In this document: in pieces, positions 19,801 through 28,086 of the stretch
Layout: the number at the start of each line of letters is the position of its first letter
Position numbering within the stretch: the stretch's first letter is position 1
Origin: an uncultured Bdellovibrio sp.
GTDB lineage: Bacteria; Bdellovibrionota; Bdellovibrionia; Bdellovibrionales; Bdellovibrionaceae
DNA length: 64,000 nucleotides
Direction of reading: 5' to 3'
Assembly (NCBI GenBank): GCA_963932905.1
Contig: CAWVRN010000011.1
Coordinates: forward strand, 32,001-96,000
Notes under the pieces: generated by a model
Told to the model about the DNA's origin: nothing
The model's database searches: none
The model's input: the letters and a program-made list of their open reading frames with translations, nothing else
Program-made: the position numbers and the translations under genes

Positions 19801-21754
19801 AGCCATCAATCGTTAAAGTTTGATCTCCTATGATAGGACTATTAATATTAAAAACTCCAGATCCATCAGTTTGCACCACAATGTTGCTTGAAGAAATCTT
19901 TACTGACGCTCCAGGAAGCGGGTTCCCTTGGGTGTCTTTGACTAAGCCAGATAATCTGGTGATAGTTTGGTAACTAAGTTCGAGAGTGGCCTCTTCGTTG
20001 TTCTGATGATCTTTTACTTTCAAAGTTGCTGTGGAGAATGGAGTAAGCTTTAGTAAAAAACTTCCATCAGAAGCAGATTCACCTGAATCCGAATTAAATC
20101 CCAAAAGCCCAGCACTTACTGAAACGGATACATTGGATCGTAAACTTCCCGCAGCACCGACTATATTTAAATGTTCTCGGTCAGAATTTGGAGAAATACT
20201 AACAAGTTCAGGAATCAAAAGTCTGTTGTCGATATTTATAATAACAGTCGCATTTGCCAAGTTGCCTGCTAAATCTTTCGCGGTGAAATTCAGAGTCTCG
20301 GTTCCATTTTGAGCGGCTACGTAGCTTCCAATAAAAGTTTTTGCGGATGGATCTAGAGAAAGTCGAAGCCCGTTTACCTCTATCTCTTTAAGTGGTTCGT
20401 TGGAAATACCCGAAACTTGAAACATCAATCTGTCTATTCTTCTATTATTTTGTGGCGTGAAATTGGAAAGAAAAGGTGGTGTAGTGTCTTTAATAATACT
20501 CAGGGTTACTGAAATGGACGCATTTCCTGCAATATCTGTACTAACAATTTGAATTTGATTTTCGCCTTCTATTAAAAGGCTTGCTTCAAAGCTAAAGTCT
20601 TTGGCACCCGTTCTTAAGGCATCGACGCCGTTAACTTTAATTATAGAATGAACATCATGTTCTTCCGATATAGTTATTGGAATTGAAATTAAACTCTGGT
20701 TCGTTAATAAGTTTTGCTGGACACCAAAAGAAATTACTGGAGCGATGTTGTCTAGAATTACCGAAAGCGCCAAATTTTGATTTGATACATTTCCCGCTAG
20801 ATCCGTCGATTGAACGGCGACACCATTGGCGCCAGATTGCAAAATGCTTAAATTATAGACGCCGATCTTTCCGCTCTCATCAAGCGAAGCCTGATTTGAA
20901 TTCACAAGAAGCGATTTCAATGCCTCGTTTGAGATCAGCTGGACCGCTTGAGTTTTAGGTAGCGAATTAACATAAATAGGAGCATTCGAAGATAGAGAAA
21001 TATCTGGGTTTGTTTGATCCAAAACCACATTTGAAATAAGTACTGGCGAAGCCGAGTTGTTAAACTGGTCTTGAGATTTGATTTCAATATTATTGTTTCC
21101 ATTTGCAAGATCGAAGGTAAAACTTTTTGCCGTTGACGATTTAATTACGGCCCCATTGATGGAAACTGTGGATGTGACATTGGAAATATCCTGAATTTCC
21201 ACGGCCACCGATTTTTGATTTGTGAATGTGCTACTACGGAGCTGAGTCAGTATCGTCGGCGCTGTAGTGTCCTTCGGAGAAGAAGGGCGATATATTCCAA
21301 GGGTCAAAGACGAAGTAGGCAGTCCTTTATATTTGATAACTAAGGAATTGCTTAGCTCGGGTTTCACAGAGATTGAAACAGCGACTACGTTTCTATTGAA
21401 TGCATTGGCATCGACCACTTTTTTTCCGTTCCAAGTGATTTCTGCGTATTCTACACGAAACAACTCTCTATAGAGAAGGTTGGCGAGATTCTTAAGGCCG
21501 CATGATAATCTTTGAAATAGTCCGCCCGTGCAGACGACATTTTCATGATTCTGGCCATCGGCGTTTTTTATCTTAATTATGAAATCATTTTTGATTGCGT
21601 CTGAAGTGACACCTACTGTCTCGGTAACTTGATTGACCGATTTGAAGGAGCCACGGTAGGTCTTATCTGGAAAGACGTTGACCTGATCGGCGGTGTTTTG
21701 AGCAAAGACGAACTGAGCAAAAAATAGAATAGCGATAGCCGTTAAGCGATACAT
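13853..21754 (-). CDS. Teneurin-like RHS/YD-repeat polymorphic toxin (Ig-like repeats, NHL propeller, YD shell, RHS core, hydrophobic C-terminal domain)
   Basis: Sec signal; NHL motifs (VADTGNHRI); YD repeats; YFYRARMYDANLGRFLQKDP...YSYAGNSPSHLVDPSG. Confidence 0.9.
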   Translation of the reverse strand: MYRLTAIAILFFAQFVFAQNTADQVNVFPDKTYRGSFKSVNQVTETVGVTSDAIKNDFIIKIKNADGQNHENVVCTGGLFQRLSCGLKNLANLLYRELFRVEYAEITWNGKKVVDANAFNRNVVAVSISVKPELSNSLVIKYKGLPTSSLTLGIYRPSSPKDTTAPTILTQLRSSTFTNQKSVAVEIQDISNVTSTVSINGAVIKSSTAKSFTFDLANGNNNIEIKSQDQFNNSASPVLISNVVLDQTNPDISLSSNAPIYVNSLPKTQAVQLISNEALKSLLVNSNQASLDESGKIGVYNLSILQSGANGVAVQSTDLAGNVSNQNLALSVILDNIAPVISFGVQQNLLTNQSLISIPITISEEHDVHSIIKVNGVDALRTGAKDFSFEASLLIEGENQIQIVSTDIAGNASISVTLSIIKDTTPPFLSNFTPQNNRRIDRLMFQVSGISNEPLKEIEVNGLRLSLDPSAKTFIGSYVAAQNGTETLNFTAKDLAGNLANATVIINIDNRLLIPELVSISPNSDREHLNIVGAAGSLRSNVSVSVSAGLLGFNSDSGESASDGSFLLKLTPFSTATLKVKDHQNNEEATLELSYQTITRLSGLVKDTQGNPLPGASVKISSSNIVVQTDGSGVFNINSPIIGDQTLTIDGSTIPQTVTGPNRKFSATKIQINIGLGQENVLERPIFLAPLYLDGSETIVSNGQAATVTNPAAPGVQLNISSNSAVFPNGGSNGAINIAAIEADKATVPVPQNIVPKNVIALEPSGLKFSTRVPVTLPNDYELPAGVEMFILSMDSSKGTWSVDGTAVVSEDGSTIKSKEGEGISHFSLIYAVPAKPIMAAVDNPKLGGIDISQGSLTTKISLPSWKSLGVDVAPNLIYKSNWANPTAYVSNYIDVPKQEYTISKENSSSSSEIKAIKGRYCEKFLMVTIRCYNTYDEYVLSAEAKDTLDLTSWYQPESIKSQFFVGNLTSGPIQFIDNTTQDYNTPGADPSAILSGPVFTGGFGSGIVNYTGIPNRSLISYAVPLKNNSTGEYLASGIYPTLTRFELKIKNMILRSTTSYRASSRIFYDSKFAEYNQSNVTYTSETTKTSSVLDQVFPSDVVSPILVQNKVKSSAGRGWHLGLTQSILSPNSNKILIEESSGELATYAVNNTISSLYNSTNTGVDTNYSFDYSKFPKVVGVSKDSAKNNYLVELDLSQPNPSPSLLGKIPQIEGGIPYNALESGDCIENASDVVNNRFYTYKSQAQLKGIVRNSNGDIYAVNSLEHSLFSFKNGVFTKHIGATGQVIDYQPDFNAVPDYSIDLQCQAMSGDKCEKHILSPYNCSSVFCSPKGGCSGYPKDIAFGEYPTYNSSGIFNPSSLTIAPDGTLVIANTGNNMVKKVDLVNNSVTTIAGDGSNLDQGDGVPALQGKIFHPVSAVYDNNGNLYILTQNGYIRKVDSSGFMTHFGGVPPAQGGAVFEAPFKSMPLYQPSDMVFDKTNQYLYVADTGNHRIVRFDLNTEVASTVAGTGSCNTNQVNDNVAALNSNLCSPKYLGLDSNQNLVFVDTGHNRIRKINFNYTNTGTLAFSPNSKDGSVLYRYNDNSWSRVLRNGTVTYFNLKGQQTKSVDRIGNQLVYSYNSDGNLSEIRDSIGQITQLNYSGGLLSSIQDPAGRTTTFSYSFGNLNAVNFPDGTSQSFEYNSEGLLTKEINQRGNSKKYSYNEYNRLSAITDEANKSVQINDVLSGSMSNNYTGQNIGNLNSQGQGPTQFHDRIIDAKEVTSEVTSDFNGNIVKIKDGKGQITSIERDLDGYTNKIIFPDLSEIVFEYDPVTKDLLKKSDSGTGITESQTFNQYGQPTSNTNGRGFTRYRQYDSLKGLLLQESAPNSQLRSFSYNSFGLPITSTRTISGNITETTTYEYDSNGNQSKILFADGKSVSFLYDSAGNVTQRTRRISSTAEEVTKYSYDKFNRLTQVTSPKNEITEYTYTNTGKLSKIIDPQNSQTIFEYNERDLLSKKTEPGSKIYTYTYDENGNLKFETDPNGNFKSYSLNELNQITKIELPDDEMIFTYSAKGETISVSNHYSTISKTFDTKSRELTHLVSGKPSLGSYPAVNLSYSYDQNGNMETMQSAPISLAFSYDQSDRLKQVSNSFGDTFNFDFDLSNKITRISRPGSISNFTYNSGGALENIVHSNSSGTIDYSQLSYDQRNFPVQKRSIAGSIDYGYDTNGQLISANSSQQSESFSYDEIGNRVSDQTGNFIYEPVRKIIEQDYQFIYTHDSNGNLIGKFPKDNLGDKYNYLYTSMNQLKEVRISGQDNSVKMIALYFYDPQGRRLKKQITNYIDSSKSFSRSYVYDRDSIIAEYNDSNNLLATYTHSNLRTDDVLSANITSSGQSANLAYSAGKYFYLKDNIGSIAKVVDLSGSVIQSYQYSAYGKIVGIFDGGNNSVISNPKINTSYTFSGREFDGETGLYFYRARMYDANLGRFLQKDPDPGKINMPNSLINKYSYAGNSPSHLVDPSGKFWFFVVFALVSAAITTYYQVTFGGLKGNQNILNTFVMNFAVALAMGAFTQFVLGVNFIPPLEAQGLGYAIGTGINAGTTNFAINVGWEIAHNAIGIPRNETTAIVGWLFFSDVYNWDTGSKERVFGLPDSIFDK

Positions 21755-22072
21755 GAGATGGCTCCCCTTAAAATTGGTTCGCTAAAAGTCTCGGTGTTCT
21801 AAATCCAAGACTTAAGGGAAAACAATTTTTATTATATCTAAAAATGAGATTTTAGGCGGTTACCTCGGCGAGCTAAACTAAATTGCTATATCAACTATTA
21901 AACTAGAGTTTGTCATCGCTTCTAATTTGATAAAAGATATCAAATTAGAACACTGGCAACCTTAATAAAAATGAACTTAAGTTTTTATTGTAAGTGTCGA
22001 AAGAATACTTAGGTGAAAACCTTTTACATTCAACGTCTTATCTAGGACACCCATCTTAGATGAGTTTCAAGG

Positions 22073-22094
22073 GGCTCAATCAATTGAGCCTTTT
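22073..22094 (+). terminator. Hairpin with T-tract
   Basis: GGCTCAAT-CA-ATTGAGCC-TTTT. Confidence 0.4.
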
Positions 22095-22143
22095 GTTTTT
22101 TTGAATATCAACTGCCATGAATAAGGTTATCCGCATCTTGTCT

Positions 22144-22683
22144 CTAACGGGAGACATGTTGAAAGATGTTAATCACTCGCGCTGCTAGATCATTCTCTTC
22201 TTCGTTTCTAAAATACTCCAGTAAATCTTCACGGGTTATTAAATCGCCTTCTTCTAAGCCGATTGAAGCGAATAATGAACCAGGAATCAATTTTGTGATT
22301 TTCCAACCTCGATCTTCTTGTCGAATTTCCACCTGTTGTGGAAGTTCAGACCATGCTTGCTCTAAGTCTTCAATATTTTGAGGAGAGAGTGAAATCACAA
22401 TCTTATTTTTAATAATTTTAGAATTTGGTTCAGGTCTAGGCTGAGGTTCAATGGCGACAATAGGGGTGTTAAGATTAGTGACAGAATTTTTAGGAATTGG
22501 ATCGGCAATGAATTTTTCGTTTTTTACAGAAGTTGGCTTTGATTTAATTTGGGGGAGAGCTGCTACTGGGATCTTTCTGGTCGTAACTTCGCTTTCCGTT
22601 TTTTCTCGTTTTCCAATGGAAGGAGAAAAGAAAAAATAGACGACGACGGCTCCGGTAAAAGTTCCTAAAATGAAATTTCGCAT
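22144..22683 (-). CDS. Membrane-anchored protein with GspC-like PDZ fragment
   Basis: N-terminal TM helix; GWKITKLIPGSLFASIGLEEGDLI. Confidence 0.55.
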   Translation of the reverse strand: MRNFILGTFTGAVVVYFFFSPSIGKREKTESEVTTRKIPVAALPQIKSKPTSVKNEKFIADPIPKNSVTNLNTPIVAIEPQPRPEPNSKIIKNKIVISLSPQNIEDLEQAWSELPQQVEIRQEDRGWKITKLIPGSLFASIGLEEGDLITREDLLEYFRNEEENDLAARVINIFQHVSR

Positions 22684-23018
22684 TCTTTTCTCCTAAGCCG
22701 AAGTATAAACTTAATTCAATCAAAAACATGAAATGCCTGCAAGTCTAGATCTTGGATTGAATCCGATTGTGCTTTCGGATAGTCCGCAGTTTCCTGGCCG
22801 ACGACAATTATTTTGGTTCATCTACATATTGACGGCCTTCGACAGCTCTTCTGAAACCCGTTTCAATCTCTTGCTCATTCTGACAAGCGATAAACTCAGT
22901 CCGTAAAATTCGTCGGCGTTGATGTCGCTCTTTTCCATATTTCTAAATAAAGCGGCTAAAGCCGATAGCTCCGCACTCAGTTCCCAGACATAAAGTTCAT
23001 TTTTGCTGATTACCTTCT

Positions 23019-23633
23019 TTGAATCAATGCTGTTGTGTAAGAAGTAAACGAGCTGTAATTGTTAAACTTCCAGGAATTCAAAAAATCGATCGGCGCAGGT
23101 CGGGGCAAATTCCTCCGGCCAGCATGATAAAAGCCATTTTACTATCGGGAGCATCCAACGGTCCTGTTCGAGTGGAAGTCACTGAATCTTTGAGAATTCA
23201 GGGTGAAACTTTGATTCCCGTAGGCGCAACCATGTTTGGATCTGGGCAGTCCACTGAAGAGCGACTAATAATTAGATTTTCAAAAGTCATATTTAAAGAC
23301 GGCAGTTTTGAAGACATTAGTGCACAAGCTGCCGATATTGAGGATAAAACCATCGGTCTTCGTGGATCAAGAGTTGGCAAATACGCAATGAAGTATGCGG
23401 CAGCGGTGGGACTTAATTTTGCCGGAGGTATGGCCGAAGGACTACAAGATCGAGAGGTCGTCGGTCAACAGGTAGTAACAAAGCCAAGTGCTAGAAATAC
23501 CTTACTCAACGGTGCCAGCAAAGCGACTTTAGAAATGGCTAATGATTCGATGACTGAACTTAGAAACAATGCACCCATCATACATATTCCTGTTGGAACT
23601 GAAATCTATGTGATGTTTGAGAGTGGGCTGTAG
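23019..23633 (+). pseudogene. TrbI/VirB10-like C-terminal domain, 5'-truncated
   Basis: IPPASMIKAIL...LIPVGATMFG...ERLIIRF...IHIPVGTEIYVMF; no N-terminal TM anchor or credible start. Confidence 0.65.
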
Positions 23634-23951
23634 GCAATAAACGCAGAGGCTTAAAATTGAATTTACAAATTTTGTAGACAGGACTCGCAACTAGATCGAC
23701 AATTTCTAACCTTTTTTTAGAATAATGTCACTTATTTCCAAAAAAAGTATTCATGTATGGGGATCGTGCTTGTTTGGCAGCGTCCCACTCTGTATGATTG
23801 CAATTCAAAAATCCACAAGTGCCTCCGCGAATAGTGAGTTTGAAGTATTAGAGGCAGCGGACTAAGTTTCAAATTATGTTTTGGAACTCATCGTCAATTT
23901 GAATGACGAAAATAGAGGCCAAATTTACTAGTTTGTTGCTATCATATTTTC

Positions 23952-24908
23952 ATGTCAACATTTGCATTGCAGCTTAAAATCATTCAAAGTCATCCTCGTT
24001 TTAGCATCAATATTTTTTCTGAATTTGAACAAATTGCTGCCGCATATTCCGATGCCGACCTCCTCGAATATTTGCTGCCAATGTTTTGTTTACCTGATAT
24101 GTCGGACCAAGTTATTAAAAACATGGAACTTCAAGAGATGGCAACTAACTCGTGGCTAATGTCTCATAAACCAAAGTTTCTGATTGATTTAAGATTAAGG
24201 CTTTTTACTTCTTCGATAGAGGGGCAATTAAAACTTCTTTTTGATATTTTGTCTGACTGGCTAGTAGCAACTCACTCTGTCACTGCACGAAAGCAGGATA
24301 CGCTAGGAGTGGTATTCAAACATATCGAAACGAATAAAATGTTTTTGCCTCCTAACACATTGGCATACGTCAACGGCTTCAGTAACATTATCGAGATAAG
24401 AAACGCCATTTCACACAACTCTTATCTAATCTGCATTGAAACAGTCCCACTAACACCCAATCAACTGGTTTCAATAATTCAAAGTAAACTGTCAGCTAAG
24501 GCGCTGATAATGTTCAATGCGTTCATAGCAGGAGTTCATCCTACTAACTTAGGTAAAACTTTGAAAATCACAGAGTTGATCGGAAAGGTAATTGGGTTTA
24601 AACCTGATATTTCTGTGCTTGAATCGGTAGACAATAATAAATCAAATGTCGTCTATGAGAATTATCCACCTGGAAAATGGAGACCAATCACGAAAACAAG
24701 TCCAACAATTTCGCTTTCTGATTTAACAAAAGCGCTTAATACATTTGATGAGTTTTCGTTTGCAGCATTTTTTGGATTAATGGCCGAGTTTGACAGGAGA
24801 TTTAAATCTGGTAGTTATTTAGAACGATTTTGCGGATGTAAGGCCGCAAATTATTTGTTAATCGGAACAGTAAATTTTGATTGTTGGTATTGCGGCGCTC
24901 ACAACTAA
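23952..24908 (+). CDS. Hypothetical protein with HEPN-like RxxxxH motif and C-terminal Cys cluster
   Basis: IRNAISH; CGC...CWYCG. Confidence 0.5.
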   Translation: MSTFALQLKIIQSHPRFSINIFSEFEQIAAAYSDADLLEYLLPMFCLPDMSDQVIKNMELQEMATNSWLMSHKPKFLIDLRLRLFTSSIEGQLKLLFDILSDWLVATHSVTARKQDTLGVVFKHIETNKMFLPPNTLAYVNGFSNIIEIRNAISHNSYLICIETVPLTPNQLVSIIQSKLSAKALIMFNAFIAGVHPTNLGKTLKITELIGKVIGFKPDISVLESVDNNKSNVVYENYPPGKWRPITKTSPTISLSDLTKALNTFDEFSFAAFFGLMAEFDRRFKSGSYLERFCGCKAANYLLIGTVNFDCWYCGAHN

Positions 24909-25123
24909 GAATTGCCTATTATTCTTCATCCGCTAGTAGAATAACCTGACCTTATGGGAAATAACGCTGATAATTAAATAAAAGTATCTGATGGAAATAT
25001 TTGCAATTATTTTCTGTCATCGGTATGCACGAAAAGTGTATGCTATGCCTTTAAATCCAAGTACTGAATATTGTAATCAGGTTTCACGACCGCCTAATAT
25101 ATAAACCACAATAGCCTCCCAAA

Positions 25124-26587
25124 ATGAAAAAACAAAACGACCTTCATGAGCGTATTCAAGCGACGCTCAAAAATATTTCGCTACTTCTTGAACCCATCAA
25201 AGAACTGATTCGAGGGATGAAAACCAATACCATTCCCTGGCACATATGCGCGGGTTGGACGGTGGGCTCTGTGTTGGTGCTCTTTTTTAAAATTGATCTA
25301 TTCGTTCTTAGCCATACACGGTTCAGTGGTCTGTACCCTTATCATCCAATCCTTTACAAGATTTATGCTTTTTCTTTTTCGACTTTAGGTTTTTGGGTTT
25401 GGGCCTGGGCCGAGGTCAGAAAGAAAAGAAACAAGCTTAAAATTCTCACTAATGCGTTAAAGAACGCCGGGCTTGAGTCAAAAATTGGCCGTCTTCCCAA
25501 TCTCATTTCAGATTATCCACTCGATCCTTTGACCCGAAAGATGCGTCTTACCAATGCAGGATTTCCGGTCTCAAGTTTTCGTGATCAGTCGAAGTATATT
25601 GAATCTGAACTTGGCGTTTTCATTGACGAGATCAAAGAAAATCGCGAAAGACGTGCTGTCGACATCATCTATTCGCATTTTCCAATGGCAAATGAGGTTT
25701 TGTATTCTCAAAATTCAACTGCACGTTCTTATGAATTTCTAGTAGGACAAACAAGAGCCCATGCAATCACGGCGACACTTCGAGATACGCCGCACTTGCT
25801 CGTGGCCGGACAAACGGGGGGTGGTAAGTCGACATTTCTTCGGCAATTGATCGTGCATCTTTATATTCATGAGAAGGGATGTAAATTTTTACTAATTGAT
25901 CTTAAAGGCGGTCTTGAGTTTTCGATGTTTGAAAATCGTAAGTCATTCGTAGTTGTTCCTCATGTGCTGGCGGCAGTTGAACAGCTTCAACATATTAATA
26001 CTCTACTTGATGAGCGAATGGTTTTCTTAAAAGAAAATCAATGCAAAGACATCGACAGCTATTTCAAAAAAGAAAAGAAGGCCGAAAAGCCTATCAATTT
26101 ATCACGCCAGATCGTGGTCGTTGATGAAGCTGCAGAAATGTTTTTGGCTGGTCATCACGCAAAGTCCATCGAGGTTCAAGCCGCTCGCGCCATCTTGAGT
26201 CGAATTGCGAGGCAAGGTCGAGCAGTTGGTATTCATATAATTGTGGCAACCCAGCGTCCTGATAGTCGATCACTTGATCCTCAGGTTAAAGCCAATCTCA
26301 CAGGTGTTATTTGTTTTCAAATGATGAACGATGCTTCAAGTATCGCGGTCCTAGGAAATGGACGTGCTACGGATCTGCCAAAAATTCCAGGTCGCGCTAT
26401 TTGGAAGAATGGAATCGAAATGATCGAAGTTCAAACTCCGTTTTTGTCTGTCGAAGCGGCAGAGATTCTTCTGGGTGCTCCAGACAATGTGCAGAAAGAT
26501 AAAACAAAAGACAGCCAAGACAATTCCAAATCGGTTTCTTGTTCGAGTGATGCTGACCAAACACTGGATCCATCCCTTACTGAATAA
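25124..26587 (+). CDS. FtsK/SpoIIIE-family ATPase (TcpA-like coupling protein/translocase)
   Basis: 2 TM helices; PHLLVAGQTGGGKS; IDLKGG; VVVDEAAE; GRAVGIHIIVATQRP. Confidence 0.9.
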   Translation: MKKQNDLHERIQATLKNISLLLEPIKELIRGMKTNTIPWHICAGWTVGSVLVLFFKIDLFVLSHTRFSGLYPYHPILYKIYAFSFSTLGFWVWAWAEVRKKRNKLKILTNALKNAGLESKIGRLPNLISDYPLDPLTRKMRLTNAGFPVSSFRDQSKYIESELGVFIDEIKENRERRAVDIIYSHFPMANEVLYSQNSTARSYEFLVGQTRAHAITATLRDTPHLLVAGQTGGGKSTFLRQLIVHLYIHEKGCKFLLIDLKGGLEFSMFENRKSFVVVPHVLAAVEQLQHINTLLDERMVFLKENQCKDIDSYFKKEKKAEKPINLSRQIVVVDEAAEMFLAGHHAKSIEVQAARAILSRIARQGRAVGIHIIVATQRPDSRSLDPQVKANLTGVICFQMMNDASSIAVLGNGRATDLPKIPGRAIWKNGIEMIEVQTPFLSVEAAEILLGAPDNVQKDKTKDSQDNSKSVSCSSDADQTLDPSLTE

Positions 26588-26611
26588 TTTAGGCCGTCGA
26601 AAGGTACTTCA

Positions 26612-27493
26612 ATGAAAAATAAAAAACATTGTGAAATTACTGATCGTGATTACAAACTTCTGAGATTTCTCTGGAAATGGAAAGTAGTTTCAACTAAAGC
26701 CCTTGCAAAAAAGTTTTTCTATGAAGCCAATGCTTTCACAGCATATCGTCGTCTGCTTCACTTAGAAAGTGATGGATTCATTGGTGCCTATCCTGTTGAT
26801 GGACGATTCAATGAAGCGTGGATTTTGAAAGAAAAGGGATTCAAATATATTCTTCCGCATCTTGGAGATTTACAATCGAAGGGGTACAAGTCTGCGAATT
26901 ATCCCCACGACTTCTTGGCGACAGCTTTCCATCTCGGTGATTGGCTAACCCAGCAGCCAGGAAATACTCAAACCTACAGTGAACAGCAACTTCGGTGTTA
27001 TCCTGCGGACCTTTGGCCACCTTGGATACCGCGATCAGCACTGCATAGACCTGATGGGTATTCGGCGTATCAGTCGAGTGAAAAACGAGTCGTTGTTGCG
27101 TTTGAAGCCGAGATCTCACCCAAGGCCAAGAAACGTTATGAAAGAGTCGTTACTTTCTACGATAACCAACCCGGTATTCATTATGTCTTTTGGTTGGTTG
27201 ATTCAAAAGGCACGTTGAATAGTGTTCGACGTAATTTTGAAAAGCTTCAGGTGCGTGAGTGGTCCAAACACCAGTTCATTCTTCTCTCAGAATTTAAACA
27301 GAAAGGCTGGTTGGCTCAGTTTATTGAGGGCAAATCAACAGGTGGAAGCCCTTTTCAGTTTCTTTGTCCGAATCCACACTCAATCCCCCCTCAATCCTCA
27401 CTCAGCTGTGGGACCCTGGCACTTCTCGATTCCCGCAGAAGACCAATCAATTCAACAACCTGCCCCTTCAAGCCAAATGCCCAAAAAGCCTGA
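26612..27493 (+). CDS. Replication-relaxation (Replic_Relax-like) protein
   Basis: ITDRDYKLL winged helix, YPHD, RPDG, AFEAEISPKAKKRY; adjacent to the FtsK gene. Confidence 0.75.
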   Translation: MKNKKHCEITDRDYKLLRFLWKWKVVSTKALAKKFFYEANAFTAYRRLLHLESDGFIGAYPVDGRFNEAWILKEKGFKYILPHLGDLQSKGYKSANYPHDFLATAFHLGDWLTQQPGNTQTYSEQQLRCYPADLWPPWIPRSALHRPDGYSAYQSSEKRVVVAFEAEISPKAKKRYERVVTFYDNQPGIHYVFWLVDSKGTLNSVRRNFEKLQVREWSKHQFILLSEFKQKGWLAQFIEGKSTGGSPFQFLCPNPHSIPPQSSLSCGTLALLDSRRRPINSTTCPFKPNAQKA

Positions 27494-27620
27494 CATACTT
27501 AAGCAGCCTTATAGTCTGCTTGGTCCCGCTAAACCCTATCGCCTCCATATTACCAAACTCACTACCTATTCCTTTTAAAAAATAAAAGTCTCTAAACAAT
27601 TAAACTAAGGAAGTAAAGTT

Positions 27621-28025
27621 ATGGAGTTAAAAGAATTAGCGGCATTATTTGTTCTGCCCCTTTTACATAATGCCTGTTCAACTGCGCCAAAGTCAGTTCT
27701 CACTGGGGCCGTCATTGGTGGAGTGGCGGGCGCGGGTTTGGGCCAATCTCAAAATTCTCAAGCGACCGCCATTGGTGCATTGGTCGGAGCTGGTATTGGA
27801 TCTCTAATTGGTTACTCGGCATTTAACGATAAACAAAAAAAGTCGGTCGTCAATACTAGTGCTAAAAATGAAAACAAAAACGAAAGTACCGAGGATTACA
27901 CACCGTTTATCACAAGGCCTAAAATCAGATCTTATATTGTGCCCGATACCATTGAAGGAAACAAATTTATTAAATCCCACCGAATTTTCATCTTAGACGA
28001 CGCGGGGTCTTGGTCAAAAGACTGA
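27621..28025 (+). CDS. Glycine-zipper lipoprotein, possibly TraV-like
   Basis: Lipobox-like HNAC; GAVIGGVAGAGLG; RPKIRSYIVP. Confidence 0.6.
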   Translation: MELKELAALFVLPLLHNACSTAPKSVLTGAVIGGVAGAGLGQSQNSQATAIGALVGAGIGSLIGYSAFNDKQKKSVVNTSAKNENKNESTEDYTPFITRPKIRSYIVPDTIEGNKFIKSHRIFILDDAGSWSKD

Positions 28026-28086
28026 TTCAGTTTAGCTAGTCAGAATAATTTTTTAAGAGACACGAATTTTTATCAAAGGACAATTC

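Noticed and set aside
14968..21473. Short antisense or alternate-frame ORFs within long genes (here and throughout)
   Set aside because: Shadow ORFs with no motifs.
22144..22683. GspC-like gene as a dedicated secretion system for the RHS toxin
   Set aside because: No other type II secretion genes are present; adjacency alone is insufficient.
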